The position numbers were made by a program, and so were the translations under genes. A stretch of DNA of 64,000 bases from Eutreptiella sp. 'Long Island Sound 2002' (taxonomy: Eukaryota > Protista > Euglenida): NCBI GenBank assembly GCA_964036045.1, contig OZ038378.1:13826001-13890000 (forward strand), read 5' to 3'. The notes under the pieces are model-generated. The model saw only the letters and a list, made by a program, of their open reading frames with translations, was not told where the DNA came from and searched no databases. This document shows positions 1-12,484 of this stretch, one piece after another; position 1 is the first letter of the stretch; each line of letters begins with the position of its first letter.

Positions 1-99
1 ACAGTGTGAGAGCAAACACCCAAATCGCTGGGTAAGCAAGACACATAGACAAAACTGCTCGAGACGATGAATTGCACACTGTCCATGCTGACAGTTCTC

Positions 100-720
100 C
101 CATGCTGACAGCATTGGGTTCAGGAAATCCAATTTCTTCTTCCCCACACCTGAAGAACTGGATGGCTGGCAATTTGACACTAAGGATAAAAACCCTTTCC
201 ATGCGTGCCTCAAAGGAAGGGGAAAATAAAGTAACAGCCCCCGGGCACCCGACAAAAGTGAGTGATGACTCTCAATGAATTGGACGAACCAACGACCCCC
301 CCCCCCCGCCGCCAAAATGAAAAAATGTCGTTGAGCCTTTTCCTGGTTTTCTTGGAGCTTGAAGGGGGTGTTATGGCGGAGTGGGGTCCCAGTGGGGGGG
401 CGCCATTGCCAGAAGAAAATATGCGTCCACCAATACCGAAAACCGACAGCCACCACAACAGGATTTTGCATGGTTAGGGGCCAGATGGTGTGGGCTTTGC
501 ACGCATGCAGACAAGCGGTTTTGAAAACGGCAAAAAACTTCGCGCAGGTCCAACAGTTATGATCCGCGGCATCTAGTACCACAACACAAGCGTCTTCACG
601 GGTGTGGTGAACGAGGTCCCAACTTAAATCTGTCCTGCATGCCATTTGGTTGGCAGGGCGCGTTTCTGTTTTTGTGTTCCCAAAATGTCGTCCACTTCTG
701 GAGACAGTGATTCTGGCAAG
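100..720 (+). pseudogene. Possible highly decayed retroelement RT fragment
   Basis: Broken frames with MPFGW-like RT motif (LSCMPFGWQG); multiple stops. Confidence 0.22.
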
Positions 721-904
721 GGCAAAAGGCCAGTGAAGCGTGGCAAAGAACAGGGTGATGTGGAAGGACGGTTGGATGAAGTGAGGCTCCTGATTGCTTT
801 GCAGTGCCTTGGTTCAGCCTGCATGTCCTGTGTATCCAACAAGCATCCAGGGACCACCAGGAATCAACAGCAACCATCCAGGGACCATTTTGGAATGTCT
901 CCAA

Positions 905-1135
905 AGACCGCAATTTTACCGCAATTTAACCGGAATTACCCGCAATTTATCGCAATTTTTTGGGGGGTGGGTGGACCGCAATCCCCCCCCCAGGACATAC
1001 ACCGTACATTGTGCCTAGTGACAGCGAAGGGAGGGAATGACTTTTCCTCTGGGGACAAATGAAAATTTTGAATAGAAGCATCACTGAAAAATTGCGGTAA
1101 AATAGCGGTAATTTGCGGTAAATTGCGGACGTCAC
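905..1135. mobile_element. Foldback/MITE-like element with inverted CCGCAATTT repeat arrays
   Basis: ccgcaatttt repeats at 909-960 mirrored by aaattgcgg repeats at 1088-1130. Confidence 0.55.
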
Positions 1136-4089
1136 CCCCCCCCCCCCCTCCTGTCTGGCCAGCGGTCATTGGTGACTTGAAATCACTCGTAACATTTCTT
1201 CGCCGAAACGGTAGCAGTAACGACGTACTTATGCTCCATGAACTGCTCTACAGAGGCACCGAAAGCCTTCAGACAGCGTGTAGTTTAATTCCGACCCATA
1301 TGCATCGGATTCCTACCCATACATACACACATCATACATTGGAATATATTGGAATGGTGCCATAAAGGCGGCTGCAGCATCCACCGCGTGGCACACAACA
1401 ACGTTCCGTTTCAGACAAAAATGGGAACAAGGGGAATGTAAAAGACTAGCAGGCGGAAAACAACTTCAGTTTACCCCTGTTAGTCCCCAAAATACCGTCG
1501 CACACCCACATATCTAGCAGTTGCAATGCATGGTAAGGTGTCGCAGCAATATGCTTTAGCATGTACGAAGGACCATTGTTCGCTCAAGTAGCCTGCCTTC
1601 CTCAGACATCCAGCTGCATTTCAAACTCCCACCAATATCCCAACACCTCTAATTTGTGTGTAGGGGGTTGTGCAAAGCATCCCGTGCCTTTGTGTACTGC
1701 AATTGTGGCGCCAATGCAGTTGAAAAGAAAAGAATGAGCACTAAATATTGCATGCCTCACTCATGCGTGAACATAAACTTGTTGGGTTGGCACACCAACA
1801 TTGCGATGAGCTCAGTGTGAGAAACGGTGGGCTAAAATTGGGAGGAGTTGAAGTGTGAGGGAATCAAAAGTTGGTGGAATGAAAAAAAAGTGCGGGTGAG
1901 TAAAATTTGTGTGAGTTGGAGGGGAACTGAAATTATTCTGCATCATAACTTCGGGACGACATATCATAACTCTGGGGCACAGTATCATAACTCGCAGGCA
2001 TGCTGTGTATCATTGACATAGCGGCAAAAAATCGGCACCTTTGACTACCTTAAGCCCATCCTGTTGCCTGCCTGATGCCGACAATGGCCATGCATGGCCA
2101 CCGGCAACAAATATTCCTTCAACAACTGGGCTCGGGGTCAACAACAGAACGACGCGAGGGCCCACTGCCATCCTTTACTCTGCAAAGCTTTGGTTGCGGG
2201 CGGGTTCAGGAAGGTGCAACTGACGTCAACCCCGTTGCCGCATGGCAATGCTCGTGCCCCTACCCACTCCTATTCCAAGAGAAGGCATCCGCCTCTTGTC
2301 GCTTGCAAAGGGCTCATTTCTGACCCCAATCGGTTGCAGCCTCACTCCTGTCCCACAATGAATCGGCCGTTCACTAACTTCTCCTCTTCTTTCTCCTGCG
2401 CGTCGTTGGCGTACTGTCCATGGGCGACCCGCGCAAACCGCCAGGCTCTGTCGGCAACGAGAAGGAAGCAACCGGCGAGCACCTAAGGACGACTATGAAT
2501 GGCATGTGTGCCATGCGGCCGTAATATGACGTGCCCCTGCGAGTCCCTGCAACCGTGGCCCGGAGAAATCACGGAGCTATCAATGGGAGATTGTCGTTGG
2601 CTGGAGCAGAGCGGTCCTTGGTTGCAGAACGGAGCAACCACGGGGCAAATGATGCTTTGGGGGGTGTGAAAATTTTTGGTGATAAAAAAATGGGGGTTTT
2701 GGTGATCAAAAATGGGGGGGGGGCTCACGTTGTGGGGAGGCATAAAGATGAGGGGAAATACATTCTGAGTCGGTCAACGTTGGGGCTGGGGAGAGAGTGC
2801 CATTTACTGTAGACATTCTTGTTGGGGGCGGGAGACTGACCACTGGGGGGAACTAAAGCTGCGAGGAAATGAAAATTTTTGGGAGAAAAGCTTGGGGTGG
2901 AACCAAAACACGGGAACCGAAGTTTTTGAAAGAGATTCTATGCCTTCGGCCAGGCACCTCGCTGAGAGACGAGCGACATCATGGGGAAGTATTACACGAT
3001 AGGCTGACGAAGTTCCGCCCATCGCAGTGCAAACAGGCCCGAAACGGCACTTTCGGGAGCCATCAACCACCAGTTGGAGGGCCTAGTTGGTGCTGAAGCC
3101 TCTTCCCCCCCCCCCCGGGCCGGCCATCCGATGACGGCCCGACAACAGCTAACTCCTCACCGATGGGTCCCCATGAGGGGGGGGAGGGGATCTTGGAAAG
3201 TCGGAGATGGCACCCGGGACCCCCATCATTGGTTAGGGGGTCCATATAGAAGAAGAAAGTGGAATAGGGCCTGGGTCCAAAACGACGCACAATGGCGGCT
3301 ATAGGCCGCCAACCAAGTTTTGACCGCAGACGACCCCCCGCTAAAAGAAAGGTGCTACCCAGGCACAGGGGGGGGGTCGGGGGGGTGTCAAAATCGAAAA
3401 ATTCATTAGCGAATAGTTTTGTCTCCCAAATTGATAATTTTAAACGGGGTTAGACATCCGATATCATACATCGGAGTCTGCGACGCGAATGACCCCAGAA
3501 AAGGGGGGGTATCAAGCCAATTATTTACGGGGGTTTACAGTGGTTTTGGCCCCCGGCCCCCACATGGTGTAAATTGTTGTAAATTTTCCCAAAAGTGGCC
3601 TAAATATCTGTAAAAATAGTGTAAATTTAAAAAACGGACGGTGTCACTCAACAGCTCAACCAATTACAAAAACTCAAAACACTGTAATATGGTGTTTTGA
3701 ACATTGGTTGCTTGGGCCTTGTGACCCCAAGTGGCGTTTTCCCACCGTTTGTATGATTGGTTTCGTGTTTGGATTAAAAACATTTTTGTGTGTACATACT
3801 TATATAGACCGGCAGGCTGGGGTTTTTTTTTAGGTGGGTTTGCCCAAGCACTGCCGGGGGTGGAGGGGGTATCGTGGGCTGGGAAATGTACCATGGACCC
3901 AGGTTGTGGGCCAAAAATTGTGCTGTCACAAGGACAGAAAAATACCGCAAAAAAACTGCACAGCAAACTGCAAAAAGAGCGGCACATTCATCAAGGGAGA
4001 GGGGGGGAGGGTGGTTGGGGTGGGGTACGTACATTAGTTTCGCGATGTGGGTGGGATGTGATGTGGGCTTGCCCTGAGTATACCAACGC

Positions 4090-4830
4090 TCAATGCTCGG
4101 GTCGGGGTCCCAGCGGGGGTCCACGAAACAATGTCATTAAATAATTATTCATGACATGTGCAGTGGTGTGCGCCCTGTGCAGACCCTTGGTGTAATTCAC
4201 CGTGGACCACCCAGACTCCACAACTGCCGTGCAGTCCAGTGCACACAATGAAATTGACACCACGGCTTGGATGTCTCGATATTGTGATGCGTCCCAACGC
4301 AGAACTGCATCCCAAACCTGGTAGAAACCTGCAACAACATCTTTGACCAAGATCGGTTCAGGCTTGTCCTGAAATGCGTGGCATAACGGGAAAGCCCCCG
4401 CCTTGATTTGCTCACACAATCGCACCTTGAGAGTTGTAAACTGATGGATGGCCTGGGGCAGGTCACCAAGCACAAGGGAAAAATGTGTGGCAATTAGCTG
4501 GTGATCCCACAAAGTTGGCCGCGGCAGCTGCTGCAATACGACGAGCCCAAGACTTGGATGAAGTTGGTGAAGCCTTGGGTCGTAGAGGGTGTGGCGGCGG
4601 CTCGGGGCTTTGGGGACTGTTGTGGCGAGGCGGAGGCAGGGGGCTTGAGCAAGAACTCAAAGCCATTCCGTGGCTTTCCGTTCTTTGCGGCGCGTTTGAT
4701 TTGCACTTGTTGCAAAGGTGACGGGGCGCCTTCCGACTTGACATGGCGGAGAGCAGCAGCAGGGGTAGCAAACTCTTGCCACTCTGCAGCCGGGTCTTGT
4801 TTCCGCACCCACATTACATGAGAAAGCTAA
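4090..4830 (-). mobile_element. Decayed hAT-like transposase C-terminus (dimerization domain) preceded, with a frameshift, by a NUMOD1-like segment
   Basis: ISLCALDCTAVVESGWSTVNYTKGLHRAHTTAHVMNNYLMTLFRGPPL resembles hAT C-term (xPxSTAxxERxFSxMxxIKxxxRxxL...LM...GPxL). Confidence 0.65.
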
Positions 4831-4961
4831 GGCGACAGAGAACATTGAACGTAACCCCATACTTGATTCAACCTAGTGGCTATGAGGAATTCCCAAAAGC
4901 GTGGACTGGACCCCATACACCCATAACCCCATTACCCTGTCGGCCCTAAGCTTGCCACCCA

Positions 4962-5492
4962 AAGCGTGGATTGTGAGTCCCTAAACCCAACTCGAGGGGC
5001 CACGCAACAAAGCGTGGATTGAGAGTCCCTAACCCCAACTCGAGGGGCCACGCAACAAAGCGTGGATTGTGAGTCCCTAACCCCAACTCGAGGGGCCACG
5101 CAACAAAGCGTGGATTGAGAGTCCCTAACCCCAACTCGAGGGGCCACACCGAAGCGTGGATTGTGAGTCCCTAAACCCAACTCGAGGGGCCACGCAACAA
5201 AGCGTGGATTGTGAGTCCCTAACCCCAACTCGAGGGGCCACGCAACAAAGCGTGGATTGTGAGTCCCTAACCCCAACTCGAGGGGCCACGCAACAAAGCG
5301 TGGATTGAGAGTCCCTAACCCCAACTCGAGGGGCCACACCGAAGCGTGGATTGTGAGTCCCTAAACCCAACTCGAGGGGCCACGCAACAAAGCGTGGATT
5401 GTGAGTCCCTAACCCCAACTCGAGGGGCCACGCAACAAAGCGTGGATTGTGAGTCCCTAACCCCAACTCGAGGGGCCACGCAACAAAGCGTG
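4962..5492. repeat. 48-bp tandem array, about 11 copies, with 4-unit higher-order structure
   Basis: Unit aagcgtggattgtgagtccctaaccccaactcgaggggccacgcaaca; 46-bp variant recurs every fourth unit. Confidence 0.95.
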
Positions 5493-5844
5493 GGAAGGAG
5501 AAAGAAAGTTTGAACGAATGTGTTCGCCCCAGAAAGAAATTGGCGCTACACTCGGGCCGGGGTTTTGCTCCGAATGCAAGATCTTCAGGTAGCAACAAAC
5601 CATTTGTATAGTGCCCCGTCTTGCTAATCCGCGCCGAAAGCACCTCGCAACAAACGACATTTGTATAGCGCCTCGTCTTGCGAAATCTGGCGCTCAGTAG
5701 TAGTTCATGTTGCAATGTACCAGGTAGGCAGCAGCAACATGGTACAAACATGGTAAAAACAAAAATATACATCACATGTGGGCAATGTGGGGGGGTGTTT
5801 ATGATATTTCCCAACATCTAGTAGCATGCAAAAGACATGGGTTC

Positions 5845-5940
5845 CCGAATTTACACCGAATTTACAAAAATTTACAGAAATTTACGCCACTTTTTGCGCA
5901 ATTTACAAAAATTTACGTAATTTACAGCGTAAATTGGATT
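5845..5940. repeat. AATTTAC short repeat cluster (MITE-like arm)
   Basis: Repeated aatttac motifs. Confidence 0.6.
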
Positions 5941-7331
5941 TGGCCCCCGGCCCTACCCCCACTTTTAATCGGCTTGGGGGGTATATGGTTCAGATTTAAT
6001 AACCTCTCTTTGAAGCGATTTTGAGGAATGGTATTTTGGGGGGATGAAAATCAGAAGGGTAAAATATTCGGGGAATGAAAATGTACAAGCCACAGAATGT
6101 GCTTCGGCGAGCATTGTGAAACCGCAAATCAGTAGCTCGCGACCTTTAACGCTGAGTCCAAAGAACCCCCAGGTTACTTCATGCCATTCATGGCTGGAAA
6201 TACCTACGGCGGGACATGCGTTGAATTACTGCACTCTGGGCCAACCCACCATCATCGCTACCAGTAGCTGAGCTGCGCACATGGAAAACTCCAGCCTCCT
6301 GCTCAGCAATGCCATGTGCAAACCTGAACAGTATCAACACCCCGGGGTAATTCCTGAGATGCCCGCCCAGTTCCAGGACCTCTTGAACAATGCTGACGGC
6401 AACAACTACCAAGTCCAGTAGAAGGAAGGTCGACTGGAAAAAGGCTGTCCCAAGACCTGCGGTGCAAAGAACCTTGTAAGGGAAGGAAACAGCCCAGACA
6501 GCAGCTGTTCACGTGCAGCCACCAACAGTATTGCAGGCACAGCACCAACTAAGGGGTAGAAGCACCACAGACCGTTAGGCAGCTCAGATGTACGGCAAAG
6601 CAAAGCTATCCCATTCCCAGCCACAGCATATTTTGCTGCAACAAAGCGAAATAAAATATGTCCATTGCAACGAATAAAACGGTGGCACAAAACCCATGAC
6701 CCACGACACGAAACCACTCAGTGCTGTTTGGACCAAGGCGTTGTCCGTATAATTGGAGGAGTGGGGCGCCTGCAACGCAAACGGCAGCAAGGGGCACAGT
6801 GATGGCATCCTCATCTATTGGTATGACTAATTGCCTGTTCTGTCACTAGTTTGCTGCGAAAAGACCATGAAAACACAGAGCATGCCCATGCCCATGCCCA
6901 TGCCGATTCATCCCTTTGGCAACACGCAGTATGTAGTATTGTCGCGCAGTGCCGTGTACCAATGGGGGCTGGATCCGGTCATGGTGTAATGCGGCAAGGA
7001 AGGCTTCAGCAGGCAAATTTTCCGCAACAACAAAGTTGGGCGGACTCAAAATACACCGGAAAAGGTTTCTTGCATAAACAAAGGGCTTTCTTGCTCCTGA
7101 AGACTTGCGGGCTGCAAAATAGCGCCATCCAATGCCTTCCATTCCGTGTTGGCCCTGCTAAAAATGGTGGTGACAAGAAACAGGACAGCAGTTTTTATCA
7201 GACAGGAGGGGCAATCGTTGAAAGAGTACTTTTGTGCAAATGTGAACATTTTCAGAATTTCAAATTTTTCAATGCCATGTGAAAAGCGAAATTTTGGACA
7301 TGAAATAGTCCCGCTGCGGAACATCTCACAT

Positions 7332-7590
7332 GTAGTGCAGTGCAGTGCAGTGCAGTGCAGTGCAGTGCGGTGCAGTGTGGTGTAGTGGAGTGGAGTGGAG
7401 TGGAGTGGAGTGTAGTGTAGTGTAGTGTAGTGTAGTGTAGTGTAGTGTAGTGTAGTGGAGTAGAGTGGAGTGGGGTGTAGTGGAGTGGAGTGGAGTGTAG
7501 TGTAATGTGGTGTTGATTCGAGTCCTGCCGTGTCCTCTCATGTAGTGTAGTGGAGTGTAGTGTAGTGTACTGTAGTGGAGTGGAGTCGAG
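7332..7590. repeat. Compound pentanucleotide microsatellite (GTGCA/GTGTA/GTGGA)n
   Basis: Directly visible. Confidence 0.95.
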
Positions 7591-8049
7591 TTGGGTGGGA
7601 TTGGTATTGATATTGGTAGGATGGCGCATATTTGGGCTGGCATTCCCCCGTCGGTAGGGTGTGCCCCATAGACAAGTGCCGGCATGGGCCATTCTCCATC
7701 TTTGCTAGGGGGCAACGGGGACATGGGGGACATAAAGCCCTGGCAGCTCCAGGAAACGGAGGGGAAGGGGAAAGGCGCGCGGAGGGGGGGAGATCTGTGC
7801 GTGCAGACAGGGGTACAGGTGGGAAGGTGAAGGCACGTCCGGTGAAATGGAACGCATAGGGCAAGCATCCCCTTGTTGGCGCACATCACTCGCGCCAGGC
7901 ACCGCCAAATACATTTGTAGCTGCAGGAGCAGAACACTTACTCACTTCTCATTCTTGCCACACATGGACACCATCGTGAGGAAAGGAGGGCAGCTGAATG
8001 CATGCAACCACCGACCCACAGCCAGACACGCCATTGGCATGAGCTGTAG

Positions 8050-8595
8050 CACCGGGGGGATTGGGAACGTGCGGTATTCGGAATGGCGAAATGTGGTGCG
8101 GAGAAAAATTTGGCACCAATTTTTAAATACCACTGCAAAATTTTGGTACAAAATTCCCAGATCCAAGTAAACACCGCGAATGTTGCTTGTTATTTCCTTT
8201 TGGACTTTGGTTGGTTGCTGTTAAATCTTCTTTCTTGGCTTCTAGATGCTTGCTATTATTTCCTGGGGGCTCCTGGCTGTTGTCAAAAACGGACCACAGA
8301 TCACGCCCCTAGCACCATACAGCACAACATGTTGTGCTGAATTCTCTTGGAAATTGTGGACTACCCATCATGAACAACGACAAAATGCAGGCGGCAGTAG
8401 CCCCCAACTGGCCTACCAAAGGGTGCCTGTAGAGTACATTGTGCGTCACAAAGGTAATCTGCATACCAAGAGTGCTAAAAATGACACCTAGAAAAATGGC
8501 TCCGGTCCTTAAAACACCATGGCAAAATTTGGTACACTTTTGTTGTGCCAAATTTTGCCATTCCAATTTCGCCCATTCCCCCCCCCCCCCGGGTA
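8050..8595. mobile_element. MITE-like element with inverted subterminal repeats
   Basis: gaatggcgaaat...aaatttggcac (8082-8118) mirrored by gtgccaaattttgccattcc (8545-8565); G-run/C-run ends. Confidence 0.5.
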
Positions 8596-8652
8596 ATTGG
8601 GAATCTGTATCCCTGCATCCACCACCAGCACCCCATTGCGCGCACTTCAAAC

Positions 8653-8817
8653 CTATCATCAACAAAATGAGCTCCAAAAGGAAGGTCAGACAGACGGCAA
8701 GACTCAGGGATCCGACCATCTTCTCAGCGAATTCCAAATCGGGAAGCAGAGGATCTTCAATCCCAATCTTGCAAACATCTTTCTCTCTTCGAAGTATTTG
8801 AATTTGCAACTCTTCTC
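8653..8817 (-). CDS. Voltage-sensor (Hv1-like) exon, S1-S2 loop and S2: GEELQIQILRREKDVCKIGIEDPLLPDLEFAEKMVGSLSLAVCLTFLLELILLMI
   Basis: S2 FxxE (Hv1 F150/E153 equivalent); tgcag/gtttga, phase 1-1, in frame with the 12371 exon. Confidence 0.75.
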
Positions 8818-9493
8818 CTGCAGCACAGAGCATACACCCCATGGACCCTGCATGCAGGAAGGGCACATTGCACACAGAATTCGTCTTCGGCACTTAGTCC
8901 CGCCGTAGCCAAAATCCTGCCACAAGTGGCTCCGGGTGATGAAGTGTACGTTGTGTGTCCAGAACCGTTACCCCAAGCCGCATACAAGACACCAATGCAT
9001 GGCTTTTCCACAGGCACTACAGAGAGTGTCCTTGGTGCTGGACCACCTGTACGCATTGGGGAGTCTTGGTGCACATGCCAGGCGACCCCACACAGGCCAT
9101 GCAGGGAGTATCTTCATTCCGTAGGGAACCCCATTTTCCCCAAGACTATAGCTGGCCCGACCCAAGGCATCGCGGGCATTGGCATACGCCCACAGAGATG
9201 GCGAGGAGCCCCCCTTTAGGGCACGCTTCCAGTTAGGGCTGAATGCTTGGGCCTACTATGCACTCGTCATCACTGTCCACTGGACCCTCCATACCCAATG
9301 GAGTCCTCCCCCGCACCCCATCAGTTCAGCAAAGGGCCACTGCGGGTGGACAGGCGGGACAGCTTCAGGGAACGGCCCCGGGAAACACCCCCTGCCGTTA
9401 TGAAATCCCGCTCAGCCCTTCGGGAGTGTGGTTCGTGCCTGTGCATTGGCCCTCCACACCGGCATTTCTCCAGCACACTGCCACACTGCAGAG

Positions 9494-9495
<2 letters not shown>

Positions 9496-9560
<65 letters not shown>
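9496..9560. repeat. (GT)n microsatellite
   Basis: Directly visible. Confidence 0.98.
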
Positions 9561-9566
<6 letters not shown>

Positions 9567-10210
9567 CACACATGGGGTGTTTGGTGGCGCACCTGTCGAT
9601 GTTTCTGTGCACTCATACTGATTTCAACCCCTACTTGTTTGTCATGTATATCATGTGTGTGTGATGAAGGCGCTGTGTTTGAAAGGAAATGGCCAAGATG
9701 TCGTACCCAGGAGATAAGAAACGGCTGGGCCCTGGACCTAGCCCTGAGCTAAGTCTTAAACCTCCCAGCAGGAGCTGGTAGCAGTGTGGGGCCCGTTCCT
9801 GTGCCGACCTGCTTGCCCTTGTGGCTGCAGTCTGTCGTGGGTGGCCCTGGGCATCCCTTGCCTCTCTCTCCACTTGCTGGCAGAGCCGTAACTCTTGGAG
9901 GGCCCACACCATGGTGCCCTGATATCCCGCTTGGGCATTGAGGAGCGCGCTTAGCACCCGTGCATGGGCCCTGGACATCCACATTTCTGCAGTACACACT
10001 ATAGGGAGGAGAGTGTGTGTATGCACACACAGTTGTTTGGCGTTGCACATAACGAAGTGTCTGTGCACTCAGCTGAGATCTACCCCTGCTTGCTAGGGCA
10101 AGGTACCGTGGGCAATGTGGACGTTGGTGGGTGTGTTGGGGTGCAAATGCGAATGTGAGCACGTTTGGGGGGTTGTGGGAAAGTGTGGGAATGGGCTGTG
10201 GATGCGGATC

Positions 10211-10318
10211 TGTGTGTGTGTGTGCGTGTGTGTGTGCGTGCGTGCGTGCGTGCGTGCGCGGGCGGGCGGGCGGGTGTGTGTGTGTGTGTGTGTGTGTGCG
10301 TGTGCGTGTGTGCGCATG
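10211..10318. repeat. Compound (GT)/(GCGT)/(GCGG) microsatellite
   Basis: Directly visible. Confidence 0.95.
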
Positions 10319-11353
10319 TGGATGTGTGGTCAGACAATCCTGCCTCCCCGACGCCCTGGCTCCAGGGCCCACTTACCCTCAGCCCGAGCACAGAACCATC
10401 AGAGCGGTCTGGCCTATGGCACCAGGGCACAGTCCGCTAGCACCGCCACTGGCAAAATGCCGGAGCAGGGCGCCACTGATGTGCAACAGTCAATGATCAG
10501 GAACTGTGTTACATTCCCCCACATTATTTGTGGTGGAGAGCACCCTTCAAACTTCACGGTTAGAGAATACCAGTTGTAAAATGCAGTGTAGGTATACCAC
10601 CCGATAGTCCCAGTGCACCTTGTCCGGACCCTTTATTCGCTCTTTTGTGCCTCACTGTCCGCCGTGCCCACTCTGCACATGCTTTCCAAAATTAGGTGGG
10701 AGTTCATTTTGGACACTACAAATTCCTGAGTAACCGGACACTTGTCAAAACTGGCTATGTCAGCCTTGCCATCTGGGGGTCCCATCTCAGGAGACCAAAA
10801 ACGAACGAATCAAGAAGGCTACATAACCCCTACCGTCACATGGTTCTGCAGAGGGGAAGAATGAAAAAGGTGACTGAACGCAAACTGTCTCAATTTGGCA
10901 ATTCCATATTTCCGAATCAGACACGGGCCATGTATTTTCCTTGGAAGCTGCTGGGGATTCTGCACCATCAAGAAGTGGTGAAGTTCGGCCACAAAACATC
11001 GGATTTGCAGAAGGCCCCTCCTGTTTCTTTCCGCAAGATTGATGTATCCATAGCAGAGAAGATTTATGAGGTGGTGGAAAAGACGGGATTCCGGTGATAG
11101 GATTGCCAACGCATTTGAAACGTCCATGAAGGGATTGCCTCCAGTTCCAGTGAGCACCTAGTGCACAGAGCCTGACAGCAATGTGCCTCGAGGTGACCTG
11201 TTCCTCAATCTTTCCGTGGAAAGCTTCGGTCGGTCTCAAGGAGGTACCATCGTTTGTGGAGGCCGCCACAAAAAACCAGGCTCACGACCTACACCCAGTA
11301 CCACATATGCGCGCACGGTAACACACATCTTGTCTGTAGTTAATGGAGCCATT

Positions 11354-11752
11354 ATGCAGCTTCCCCTTGAAATGTGGAGAACCATTCTGCTGCACCTCAC
11401 GAACACCGATGCATGGCGCCTGTGCATTTGCAGCAGATATATGCTACAGCACTCACCGGATCTGATACGCGCGCCAACCGATCCCTGCCTGAGGTTAGAA
11501 CAGTTTGAACCACTGTACTGGAAGTTATCTAAGGTTAACACGTCCCTTTGGCCTCCCTGTTACGAAGTCGACTCCAGCTCCTCCGATAGCGACACGGATG
11601 GTACACAGGGAGCACCCCTGCCGGAGCTACCTGAAAATCTTACCATGCAAGGGATCCTGCAAGCGGATGCGGCCACCATACAGTCATGGCTGCCGATTCT
11701 TCAAGCCAGAAGTGTCTGGCTGTCACAGCGCCAACTTCAACTTACAGACTAG
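11354..11752 (+). CDS. F-box-like ORF/exon (132 aa), antisense inside the Hv-like intron
   Basis: MQLPLEMWRTILLHLTNTDAWRLCICSR fits the F-box consensus LPxExWxxIxxxLxxxDxxxLxxxC; pyrimidine-rich TAG acceptor at 11338-11339. Confidence 0.5.
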   Translation: MQLPLEMWRTILLHLTNTDAWRLCICSRYMLQHSPDLIRAPTDPCLRLEQFEPLYWKLSKVNTSLWPPCYEVDSSSSDSDTDGTQGAPLPELPENLTMQGILQADAATIQSWLPILQARSVWLSQRQLQLTD

Positions 11753-12370
11753 CTGCATGCCTCCACGCACACGACAACACACATACTGCGTGCGCCCAAC
11801 AAGCAACTAGATGAACGGTCAGGGTTGGCATACCACCCTGTACCCCCCCCTGAGTCCACGCCTGAGTGTATGCATTCCTTTGACGACCAGCCCAGGGTGT
11901 TTGTGTGCCAGCGGGACGCCGATGCTGACACCAAAATGGGCGCGTAGTTGTACCAGGTGCACCGGCTCACCCGGATGTGCTTTACGGACCCCCCCCCCCC
12001 CGGCTCCCTATAGCTTCAGGGCTTGGCTTCCTTACCTCTCGACACAACGGGAGCGGACACGATGGATTGTCCAGTCACAGGTACTCCAAGACGTGTCAAC
12101 ACCGCCCGTGGGTGGAGATGAGATTGGCCGGCGTGCGTGATGCTCTTCGATTCACGAACTACAAGCATGGATCACCCATCACTACCCTCACCCATCCCCT
12201 CCACCACTGATTACCCACTTACCCATCACAAAACAAAAGCACACGGGTATTATAGGGGACCTGAGAACCACTATTGCGGTCCCAGGGATCAAATTTAGAT
12301 CCCGTTGCAAGACGGCTCACACCACACCACTCTCCAAGACAGGTCCAAGGCGATAGGGTTGAGGCAGCAC

Positions 12371-12484
12371 CTATAATAACAAACACCACGTCCAAAAAGA
12401 GAAGAAAGGTCAAGAAGAAGTGCACTTTGTGGGAAAACACCCAATGGACTAGAGCCTCTCGCCAATTTGTGGTCGTCGCAGACC
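12371..12484 (-). CDS. Voltage-sensor (Hv1-like) exon, S0-S1: NWREALVHWVFSHKVHFFLTFLLFLDVVFVII
   Basis: Aligns to Hv1 [26 protein letters not shown] including the S1 Asp; tgtag/gtgctg boundaries, phase 1-1. Confidence 0.75.

Noticed and set aside
1200-1260. EQFMEHKYVV as an Hv S2-S3 linker exon
   Set aside because: Alignment is 3 residues short and lacks the S3 Asp
4962-5492. Possible CRISPR array
   Set aside because: Units are contiguous with no unique spacers, the context is eukaryotic, and no cas genes are present
5125-5817. Repeat-derived ORFs (also 7252-7937, 9243-9752, 9749-10579, 19650-20189)
   Set aside because: Translations of mini- and microsatellites
6990-7142. GIGWRYFAARK / WKALDGAIL as the next Hv exon (S2-S3)
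   Set aside because: GAAG acceptor without a pyrimidine tract, unlike all other acceptors here, and no hydrophobic S3 follows
9105-9135. Peptide YLHSVGNP identical to 8 aa of the sulfatase (about 28403-28426)
   Set aside because: Flanks are unrelated and there is no other sulfatase motif; one such match is plausible by chance in six frames of 64 kb
10696-11097. 133-aa + ORF with weak HMA- or GIY-YIG-like hints
   Set aside because: No metal-binding Cys motif, spacing inconsistent, non-ATG start
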